A DNA stretch of 20,000 bases from an uncultured virus (IMG/VR IMGVR_UViG_3300038464_000026) (Duplodnaviria > Heunggongvirae > Uroviricota > Caudoviricetes > Crassvirales). Both the position numbers and the translations under genes were made by a program. Of the stretch, positions 12,101-16,267 are shown piece by piece (positions within the stretch are counted from its first letter, which is position 1; every line of letters begins with the position of its first letter). The stretch is from IMG/VR virus record IMGVR_UViG_3300038464_000026; one strand, written 5' to 3'. The notes beneath the pieces were generated by a model. It did no database searches and was not told the DNA's origin. It saw only the letters and a program-made list of their open reading frames with translations.

Positions 12101-15100
12101 ATAGGAGGCATTTTATGATTTATAGTAACCCATTGATGCTTAGCATTAAAATCACTCTCAAATACAATCTTTTTTGAAGATTTACCAGTTTTACTATCTT
12201 CTACATTTTTTATTACCCATCTACCATTACTTTCATATTTTGGAAATATATCTTTTATAGGATGAGGTTTGTCAGTAGTAATTAAATTACCCATAGCAGT
12301 AACTGTAGTCCTAGTTTTCTTAGTTAATTTACTAATAGGGTCAGTATCATTACCATTATTAATTTGCTCTATAAAATCTTGTATTACAGCTTGTGTACCT
12401 TTGAAGTCATTATCTAAAGTATTTAACCAACCATCTAAAGAAGGTGTTATATCTTCTTTAGTTAATTGGTCAACTGTCTTTCCATTAGTCCCAAGACTAA
12501 ATGTAAGTAGTTTATATAAATGCTCTAGCATATTATTATAGCTATAAACATCTACTTTTAGTCTATCAGCAGTATTACTTAGTAAATCTTTATCTTCAAA
12601 TTTATCATTAAATATTTTATTTAATATTTTTAATATAGTAGCCTTAGTTTTACTATCTTCTATATCCTTAGTACCTTCTAAAGCTCTATTATTATTAGTA
12701 TAAGTTTTAGTTAAAGATTTAATATCTTCTATTATTTCTTTTATAGGGAGGTTGGCAATATATTTATTAATTAACCCATCCGTTAACGCATATTCACCAA
12801 TATCAGTACCACCTTTATCTGTATCATTGAATTTATAATAACTATATCTAGCTAAATAAGGAGGATGATTCTTATTATCTATTTGAATAGATAATCTATC
12901 TATAAATAAATTCCTTGCTTTATTATCTTTAAGTAATTCTTTTAAATCACCGATATTCTTAACAGCTTTAAATAATTTAGCAGTCTCTTCATCTGCTACA
13001 TTTTTTATTCTATCTGTTAAATAATCCCAATTTAAACTAAAGTTAGTATTTTTATTATGGAGTTCATTAAGAGCTTTATATATAGATGAAGCATTTTTAC
13101 TTAATTTTTGACTACCACTATTATTAGTATTATATTGTGAACCTGTATTATGTCCTTCAACATTTAGGCTAGATTGTATATCACGTGCTTTATCAGATTT
13201 ATTAAGAACTATGGGAGCAACTAAATTAGCTTGCTTATTATCCTGCTTTTCAGTAGCAATTCTTTCTGCCTCTGTCGCTTCACCTGTTTGCTCTGGTTGA
13301 ATGATAATTTCTGAATCAGGGGTTTGTACAGTTGATACAGTTTGGACATCAGTGGACTTTAATAAATTATTTTTAATATTAGTTCTTATTTCATCTATTC
13401 TATTTTCAATAAGTTTACTAAATTCTTTATCATCTAACTTGTCATATTTATCCTTAACTTCTAATAGAGTAGGTAAATCATTAATACTATTAATCATTCT
13501 TTTAAAATCATCTCTTTTAGCAGTCCTTTCTTGTCTCTCCAAAATCTTGATGGATTTATAAAAATCCTTCATAAAATCTATACGACCTTTATTTGAAGTA
13601 ATCTTATTAAAAGCTGTATTATAACTATCTACTAAAGATTCATTAAATAACTGTTTATTTAAAAGATATTGTTTTTCTCTTCTATTATCTAATGAATAAT
13701 GAGTTTCAGCAGCTTTAAGAATAGAATTAACTTCTTTGTCTACCTTTTCATCATATTCTTTATTTAATCTTTCATTAATTTCTTTTAATTCCTTAATTCT
13801 AGATTTAGATACATCATCATCTTTACCAGATAAAGACTTTATTTCTTTATCATTATCATCTACTTTAGTTAAGTATTGTTCTGTATATTTTTCTCCAACT
13901 CTAGATATGATACCATTCATAGCATTAGTATAATCAACTTGGGCTTTTGATTCAGCTTTAGCTATCTTATCTTTATCAGCTAGTATTCTACCATCATATA
14001 TATAACCTGTAAACTCTTCATCATAATTCTTAACTAAAATTTGAGCAGCAATTAATTTATCCTGTAAGTCAATTAAAGATTTATAACTCTCTGTATCTAT
14101 TGTACTAGTAGTATCATTAATTTTATTATCAAGTTTATTTATATTATCCTTAATTTCAGTTAATCTCTTTTCAGCACTAAATCTATTTAATTTGATATTA
14201 TATAATACATCAAGGACATTAGTCATTCTCTCTTCATAAGTCCAATTATAATCATTAACTAATTTATCCCATATATCTCTTTTATCTTTAATGTCCTTTA
14301 TTTTATCTGATAAAATCTGTTGTAGTTCTTTATCTTCTTTATGTTGTTTTGTGTATGCTTCAAGCCCATCAGATAAGTACTTATCTAAACCATTTCTTAT
14401 AGAGAATTGCATTTGTGCATTTTGCATATCCTCTTTAGCACGTTCTACTTCTTCATGTGCCTTCTTATCTTTCTCACTACCACTATTATCAATATCAACT
14501 ATATTCTTTATATATCTATTATAAGCATCTTTTAATGTTATAACGTCTTGTTTAGCTCCTTCAATAGCTATAGTATTAATCCTATTTCTTTCTAATTTTA
14601 ATAGTTTTTCTTTAGATACAATTCTCCTCTTAGTATCAAATATAGTATTACCTAAATAATCTGTAACAACTTTACCTTTATTGTCTACTTTAGCTTTTGG
14701 AGTATATCCTATAGTTTCACCTTTATCGTTCTTTACTTCATCAAATATAGATTCCTTATATAAAAATGGCACATGACCAAATAGACTCATAACAACTCCC
14801 ATACCAAATCCACTAAGTACATTATCTTTTTCTTCCTGATATAATTTTAATATATCAAATGTATTATCTTTAGTAGTATAATCTCCATATTTTCTAGTAC
14901 CATATATATGTTCTCCTGCTATCTCAGAACCTATAGATACAGGGTGCATAGCTCCAAACATCCAAGCATCTTGTCCAGCTCTACCTAATATCTTACTTGT
15001 TTTCTTTAACCAACCTTCACCATTGTTCTCTAATAATTCTCTATTTAACTTACTATATGTTTCTTCTAATTCTTGTAATCCTTTAACTTCACCTTTACCT

Positions 15101-16245
15101 TCTAATGATTTTATTAAATCTTCTGGTAAGCCAAAAGCTTTAGTTTTTTGTAATAAAGCACCTATAGGTACAGCAAATAATAACCCATTACCTAATGTCT
15201 CTATTCTCATATTTAAATTAGCAGCTTTAGTAGCATCTTGCTCTGCTAAGAATATAGCTCTTTTATTATCATATCCTCTGTTAGTATAATATTTTATTTT
15301 AGATTCTCTGACTTTATCAAATGTCTCATCAGCAGAATATCCACTCATCCCATAAGACATAGCAAAAGGAACACCTAAACTACTATTACCTAAACTTTCC
15401 GCTAAACTTGCAGCTTCTGGAAATTCAATACCATACAATAAACGTGCAGCTAAAGCACCAGATGTTTTAAGTGCAGCAGCTATAACTATACCTTGTGCTG
15501 CCATACCAGCTACACCTTTAAATATACCTGCTGGTTTAGCTATCCATTGATTAGGAACAGGAAGGTCTTGTTCTATATTACTTTTAATACCACCTATTTT
15601 ACTATCATGCCCAGATAAATAAGTAGCCATTAAATCTACATCATTGATAAACCTATTCTTAGTATCTGGAAAAAATGCTTTTACTATATTATTACCTTCT
15701 CTAGCATTTTTATCAAAATCCATTTGTGTTTTATGAATAGCTTCATCTTGCTTTTTAAAATCTTTTATATCCTTTTCAGAGTATCCCATCTTACGCCTAT
15801 CATCATCACTTAATACAGCATCTTTAGTTAGAGGATTTTCTCTAGCTTCTTTATCTGTAAAAGTTCTAGGTCTAGCTATATCTTCAACAATAGGATATAT
15901 AAGTCTATTAACAAGTTTATATAAATCTCCAGTAACATAAGCAATACTCTGTTTACCTTCATTTTCTAATTGTTTCCAAAATCCAGGTTCATTACCTACA
16001 TTATTAGACTTTATATCATCAAAAGTTTTATTTGCAGGAGGAACTATTGTAGGAGATTGATTAACATAGTTACCTTTATCATCTAAAACAACACTAGTTT
16101 CAGAACCACCTTTACTGAAACTAGGATTATTAGGGTTAGAAGGTATTACCACCTCACCACTAGAATTAATATATTTATTTGTTGTACCTTTTTTTGGAAT
16201 ACTGTCATTCCCTTCGGCAGTATTACTAATCAAATCATTAGTCAT
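1..16245 (-). CDS. Giant virion polyprotein containing a crAss-like virion RNA polymerase (>5,415 aa; 3' end beyond the window)
   Basis: ATG at 16245-16243 (MTNDLISNTAEGNDS...), 22 nt after the TAA of the upstream gene. Manually translated stretches across the window are stop-free in this frame down to ...RRDSAFHEYG at nt 1. Its absence from the ORF track fits an ORF with no stop inside the window. It carries RNAP, zincin, NADAR and other motifs in one frame. Confidence 0.95.
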   Translation of the reverse strand, partial: MTNDLISNTAEGNDSIPKKGTTNKYINSSGEVVIPSNPNNPSFSKGGSETSVVLDDKGNYVNQSPTIVPPANKTFDDIKSNNVGNEPGFWKQLENEGKQSIAYVTGDLYKLVNRLIYPIVEDIARPRTFTDKEARENPLTKDAVLSDDDRRKMGYSEKDIKDFKKQDEAIHKTQMDFDKNAREGNNIVKAFFPDTKNRFINDVDLMATYLSGHDSKIGGIKSNIEQDLPVPNQWIAKPAGIFKGVAGMAAQGIVIAAALKTSGALAARLLYGIEFPEAASLAESLGNSSLGVPFAMSYGMSGYSADETFDKVRESKIKYYTNRGYDNKRAIFLAEQDATKAANLNMRIETLGNGLLFAVPIGALLQKTKAFGLPEDLIKSLEGKGEVKGLQELEETYSKLNRELLENNGEGWLKKTSKILGRAGQDAWMFGAMHPVSIGSEIAGEHIYGTRKYGDYTTKDNTFDILKLYQEEKDNVLSGFGMGVVMSLFGHVPFLYKESIFDEVKNDKGETIGYTPKAKVDNKGKVVTDYLGNTIFDTKRRIVSKEKLLKLERNRINTIAIEGAKQDVITLKDAYNRYIKNIVDIDNSGSEKDKKAHEEVERAKEDMQNAQMQFSIRNGLDKYLSDGLEAYTKQHKEDKELQQILSDKIKDIKDKRDIWDKLVNDYNWTYEERMTNVLDVLYNIKLNRFSAEKRLTEIKDNINKLDNKINDTTSTIDTESYKSLIDLQDKLIAAQILVKNYDEEFTGYIYDGRILADKDKIAKAESKAQVDYTNAMNGIISRVGEKYTEQYLTKVDDNDKEIKSLSGKDDDVSKSRIKELKEINERLNKEYDEKVDKEVNSILKAAETHYSLDNRREKQYLLNKQLFNESLVDSYNTAFNKITSNKGRIDFMKDFYKSIKILERQERTAKRDDFKRMINSINDLPTLLEVKDKYDKLDDKEFSKLIENRIDEIRTNIKNNLLKSTDVQTVSTVQTPDSEIIIQPEQTGEATEAERIATEKQDNKQANLVAPIVLNKSDKARDIQSSLNVEGHNTGSQYNTNNSGSQKLSKNASSIYKALNELHNKNTNFSLNWDYLTDRIKNVADEETAKLFKAVKNIGDLKELLKDNKARNLFIDRLSIQIDNKNHPPYLARYSYYKFNDTDKGGTDIGEYALTDGLINKYIANLPIKEIIEDIKSLTKTYTNNNRALEGTKDIEDSKTKATILKILNKIFNDKFEDKDLLSNTADRLKVDVYSYNNMLEHLYKLLTFSLGTNGKTVDQLTKEDITPSLDGWLNTLDNDFKGTQAVIQDFIEQINNGNDTDPISKLTKKTRTTVTAMGNLITTDKPHPIKDIFPKYESNGRWVIKNVEDSKTGKSSKKIVFESDFNAKHQWVTINHKMPPINEAEYKIIWDNIDKALTKIKEGKKDIRKEVNAIEQLIWYSFPDNTTDRKKINFTINSNAKPNTGIHAGDIDVLEFEHYIDITKSEYVKVILDSKNKEYSIIVDDKPFAKATTNDELEKILKPLLENKQRNINKNRYEYSDKEGKYMPVSKETTKVKDENGKDTDETELNKEGNELIKSGRIQCYNGKLVSNDNEYLGNNVIRGTQPATITSSSDIEKEGDNIEKEKSLSLFPPKGESSKSQDLPTSEDKIANNKSIVNTELSNVIDKSIEADRYGLLTNYLDKLVNKDYNSKEEVTSNLDLLNDTLINLLKKKIPEGYREVAPNEIIPAGDYDTHMDLTSERTITNAPRTSKSKPIVKDKNEYIINNLNAAIAVLESELDEFKEVEPIVTPTRVETMPRANIITEPDKYQWKSFAHSDINDEDKLKGVVDNESVQKKIAQIRNGERPPIQLEVDESGKLIKNNNETYTTVIGHHTLAAYDKLIETGEYKEEIPYNTSTRRSGESDKVYAERVDRIKGTEYKGIGDDNILFQKVTPTLLDESLAIKYEEGFDNNNQLSFDNSNDAENKLKELNNKYKYQKFELGNDNVKYMFKAVNAMYKEGFPKYDISKNKGEAFFNALKNSGVKKEQIDLVREVVKGYNNLTGKEVAELLDKDFKKDIVIKRGLSDDKTIPQSISNFNIDGDRYYIQDLTFDEATNNIDEAALAYITRGRTDEEIDELYRVKYYKNGQEINKEDYENIYNSLPDNIVTSSKVYQYLSAKGGTNYQEWDIRVPGVEPSIKSHANFANKNSIGWFRADEKSNGFIKDDGNKIETGTHEYYSKNGKYYIREKGSDFIEKEVSSDVYNHAVEIARDYYKTETKDLRVQEVQSDLFQKSRGRDSLVYIKRPKGKNDSHWSYEVDILDYQHEVDIHDHPYIDESEEEYQTRLDNWEQGKPNNANRFLQLLNKDNNWVTFFIKSIMQKAANKGYENIMFPMGETAARIQRHQIIADEIIALDIILDKWKSAKIEKIDKGIDDDFPTSLQATYRVITKNGEILSEYNDIESAQKKIDYRIENLEKQKSDLKTQGIEKLAPIEAYYGKTIKNILTKLYGDRLTEFTDEYGNSWNKISLKNIDKESILFSKVNNSIEHKGLKEGVTVDYKGNPILPAYKDAPEAIKGILNMLGEKMGYKFNLLDVADKFKGRFGKEVDINTRYASYDTPFHEYLHPLVRALKTKNTPAYLNLINEINDTLINNSGLLSNILSDKDYSTDGKSLTDAGYEEAIVEVSGRKAVDILQDRNVKQSLKEAILAFWNEIKETIKSIVPNRVGLDYFGPKTTISDLAKFMLDPNIELDRNEYDSVKPFVGYSQVKQEDKFATGFNGIEEKAAIELINHTIDQLTQGDTKKDKDKRSKYSLKDRVTNQFRNWSQPNNVNVGNIYPRTDAQQAFHAKVVDAITAHDIKDESTTKNSIWTKAQIALNRDYKINIDDDEKETNKRETEGKGFQEDNHIININNSVNIRVKNFLRNLPLTNMKGEYKINDITGLPKFTNYSDIFNTLSDGANGILRSSTVQDMFYKLNKLSSSNPTVKEIIKRLNGDNKDLVAAFFTSFSQSLRDELGIHFTKIFSNDGSYKIIAKVQHSYKDISHQLVDSWYEQLGQKMNTLEEKVRKDLESGLTTKGKYDPIKKSNIGEGLLHNLEGGLTTKDTAGTTKYNEDITSDKLDKVINIVSKQYKEFGIRITPDEISNFMNTQEAPVEAFYKIFVVPLRFIAGYLGSKLDKEGKVGKDRTIGDRVNKLAEAVYPFRMVSYQASYLDFKGKLKYPISPPSSLTNEFDKFNNSNPEIQKAVRAKLILYKHIPGISFCNWFSKDIEKTIKDFTKLRIYPVEGMKFGIDSKDNSEMTNSDRYLYDLYSYLIPIDNSHISRTPLVTQGDSGQRYGLAAPIIYTSERDYLNGKLKQNSPLYNGIMNTVRQELARMLQAKHQMFEQQEDGKYKLKDDLTGLVKNYHYIEDKKTKNPTYIDKDDNAIGRVFKFHNIPELNNLSKDLFSQGMIVDGIDFLIDDSKRDRKNESQNKTVKEITDIVDKFIDNIINTELPKYAPFEKMSEGIWTDSKNPIAGGVWKQVITEFGVNSYINNVETGNLFLGTDAEYATSEDKAKRAKELLAPRSNFSGLHMGDGYKNITLHDIMGKSNIIDDLEKALRKQGISDRKINEALQTYRDGTTESDGQELVSNDFYIKYLLEKGVNLNGYIEKSKDGVYKFIHMDEYDAPQLGVQKSYTYDRIYNPDLNQIFSTQLKSAIYRLDDYYANEGSLLAEIRKAIEDARIDKVSYNSAVKVGAHGVGSVINSKFTGEITDIPTSATGSQVEIPDHSWKAKIRVSKQIKAMIINHLILTETYNHNGNNISGTELFTRFNNAQYNIIKGESDKLKGELNDPNELAKILNSSSSKFGTNINIQLLFKTNENGELPMGLNWPSITNKVAQDLMALFDNRITNYKINGGQFTIVSNAGRGGKSVKSYYDEKKGIVHEIAISAWGDECYKSDENGKLIFVNGEPVLKLANELTEEQQSMFGYRTPFSDLHSGGVFKVVEILPKSSGGICIIPPHAMTAMGSDNDSDKLYIHIHNTDAKPGSQEADENELVSIWKTIYSHPSTLYAQVKPVLYKESMDAASKVRDIVDPTGIESYSTLNEQHRFTDKHSSGKELISHIAGEIPTIDALSFIGGELSEGVTQKYSLKDLEDRRGLKLEDLEKRGIITKDDKNPDIVYINHKKVSTAELGQLLDAMTDISKLEDIPVNYNKFTDSIVHSSVLLNGDYDYAWNLIAQNSIRDITKVHTDNSLLTSSEVDKKFAVAYIRNKYAKLLYQTQKEIDPTSFDPTLFKDYDVVKIDENIANKNYTYNIFNKSNIKLIGKYYDKDSPEYYTVPEMNTILKNGTKIDELSPEQKVIYYAQQLNLINRYEELTKVGKDLLSASQKLNSYKAGAGDNVSFNRDYIDNILKTNGNIIINGKPFEYAVFPNLFGFNKESVYPNLEHYVKYVNQAAIDILAKHFTIESNQVHFLINKIYNDLNIFNQSAKDRLYRKFINMLINHLLEEHDWFKPNREETIKNLGVGKIEINKPSKNISFDTFKDLSFGEKIEAQKIRLDLNPLSKHVLNYLDTKLSPYDIDKNEFHYVDFKNTHNEIDLDNDLINSFQAMNHRGSVNMSIDEEFENELFDSAVKYAKDTFGFAYGNNSFAKLVPIEALINAEVGDVLNNANKDIHNGTISLPKELTDIFIRGNINNIPEARAMFHNNELDWGTPRWDSNPNTPMIFYNIDKFTKHIDNSIKNSMYIKVRNDKTKSYTIFKRYHTNRDIKYMIFYPVETKGKWNVQEITNEPTMFDSNKVGATEQQFKDQINESYFTIEDYSRDERFLDKYLEKKMLRSIASGKLNRTEENIENPPLEENKDNIKLLNEKIKGDNISSNSKGFAASLTNPTVLAKSKGHLSEDYPIEYNGKKYKDVEAAYQANKTEYLKNKTTNKLMSDLIEIKLKTYPELVKGITERGGIEYLEKCTHIVKGDNFWESGEGKSNSFIKSLIDAYKKVSNIPKESTPDNITSLKPNEIFVFGSNAEGNHGKGAALIAKDKFGAIQGQAEGLQGQSYAIITKKDWKVSKSSSLDEIKEGINKMLTFAKNTPDKKFLVTKLGSNLAGYKVDEIKNIFSELKDNIPSNVVLPKEYEVRYIPSKVRDFSRLSDVKESNSNEVNVLRKYNTDEHYGNPFTGTDKGTGTIQMKNINDAVTAYKEWLKNPDATFTDKNGKEWTNVKPEQRKWILEQINSGKLDGKTLLYYKTEKYYSHADALRDYINEVRGLKEPKSKIEQTSLDFTEPKESPTIKLANRDIKVDDLKDFITHFDKDNDDELGDYYNSDIAQVIITAYDKNEDRWNKEHPNQKFPYNNEKEYVEDALKSYSDFEVFQNEIFKSELKLLDVPDINVKPSGEQFRFEQRANILPEDSADRFSKKMKYLNSIWAKHGVNVPFIEDRNISGHAEVEGKNGKFVVKYNPTDIRRDSAFHEYG
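625..945 (-). other. DUF4326-like domain within the polyprotein
   Basis: LRK....HYGNPF...DAVTAYKEWL...GKLDGKTLLYY......SHADALRDYIN matches the DUF4326 pattern R...GNPF...Y..WL...L.GK.L.....H.D.L. Confidence 0.72.
1012..1395 (-). other. Macrodomain-like module (A1S_2505-type phage family) within the polyprotein
   Basis: TPDNITSLKPNEIFVFGSNAEGNHGKGAALIAKDKFGAIQGQAEGLQGQSYAIITK...FAKNTPDKKFLVTKLGSNLAGY...NVVLPKEY. This closely matches the IFVFGSN-x-x-G-x-HG-x-GAA family, with the macro-like N...GxGAA and GxxxAG loops. Confidence 0.8.
1414..1797 (-). other. NADAR (YbiA-like) domain within the polyprotein
   Basis: ...LTNP...YPIEYNGKKYKDVEAAYQANK...LMSDLIEIKLKTYPELVKGITERGG...GDNFWESGEGKSNSFIKSLIDAY matches the NADAR pattern G-x-x-Y-x-x-x-E-x-x-Y-Q-A-x-K, M...K...P-x-L, D-x-x-W...G-x-x-N. 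Confidence 0.75.
1950..7980 (-). other. Two-barrel (double-psi beta-barrel) RNA polymerase region, beta-like and beta'-like parts fused, crAss virion RNAP type
   Basis: Ordered motifs: LFLGTDAEY..EDKAKRAKELLAP (~5660-5740); ESDGQ (~5476-5490); VQKSY...TQLKSA with the two beta-type lysines (5332-5334, 5269-5271); IDKVSYNSAVKVG; GYRTP...FKVVEILP...IIPP..TAMGSDNDSDKLY (~4300-4450); GKELI; AVKYAKDTFGF...FAKLVP; FYPVETKG. These follow the pattern I recall for phi14:2 gp66/crAssphage RNAP. Confidence 0.92.
4309..4332 (-). other. RNAP Mg2+-binding catalytic loop GSDNDSDK (DxDxD, about residues 3974-3978)
   Basis: Direct translation. It lies downstream of the R-x-P motif (GYRTP) at the spacing expected in the beta' double-psi beta-barrel. 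Confidence 0.92.
8110..8640 (-). other. Zincin-like metallopeptidase domain (HExxH...E)
   Basis: FKGRFGKEVDINTRYASYDTPFHEYLHPLV (HEYLH at 8482-8496), then GYEEAIVE (candidate third ligand) and ILAFWNEIKE. This is the typical layout of zincins in large phage virion proteins. Confidence 0.85.
8760..9840 (-). other. 'GGxNYxE...ExQSD' domain of large phage virion/polyvalent proteins, possibly GNAT-like fold
   Basis: YQYLSAKGGTNYQEWDIRVP...SHANF..NSIGWFR...LRVQEVQSDLFQK (9481-9504)...NWVTFFIKSIMQKAANKGYENIMFPMGETAA...YYGKTIKNIL...DEYGNSW. Recognised by motif only; the fold is inferred. Confidence 0.5.
9364..9410. repeat. Short in-frame duplication with 27-bp period (YEVDILD/HEVDIHD)
   Basis: gtcatgtatatctacctcat (9364-9383) versus gtcaagtatatctacctcat (9391-9410); 19 of 20 bases identical. 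Confidence 0.8.
10612..10920 (-). other. ParB/sulfiredoxin-like domain, degenerate (GHHT in place of GHHR)
   Basis: VETMPRANIITEPDKYQWK...VQKKIAQIRNGERPPIQLE...TYTTVIGHHTLAAYDKL...EIPY; GHHT at 10675-10686. Confidence 0.6.
14761..15545 (-). other. Gly/Ala-rich hydrophobic helices, putative membrane-inserting/ejection region
   Basis: AGIFKGVAGMAAQGIVIAAALKTSGALAARLLYGI; LGVPFAMSYGMSG; LGNGLLFAVPIGALL; VLSGFGMGVVMSLFGHVPFL. Confidence 0.6.
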
Positions 16246-16267
16246 ATTTATTATATTTAAATTAACA
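16246..16267 (-). promoter_or_regulatory. AT-rich translation initiation region without a Shine-Dalgarno sequence
   Basis: TGTTAATTTAAATATAATAAAT-ATG. The region upstream of 18841 is similar (TTAATACAATATACT-ATG). Both have A at -3 and no GGAG, which is typical of Bacteroidota. Confidence 0.55.

Noticed and set aside
1..16245. Stop-codon reassignment (TAG=Gln or TGA=Trp, known in some crAss-like phages) as the reason no large ORF was called
   Set aside because: No in-frame TAG or TGA was seen in the translated stretches, and the 857-aa gene is intact in the standard code. The ORF was missed because it has no stop in the window. Both visible stops are TAA, so the code cannot be fully settled here.
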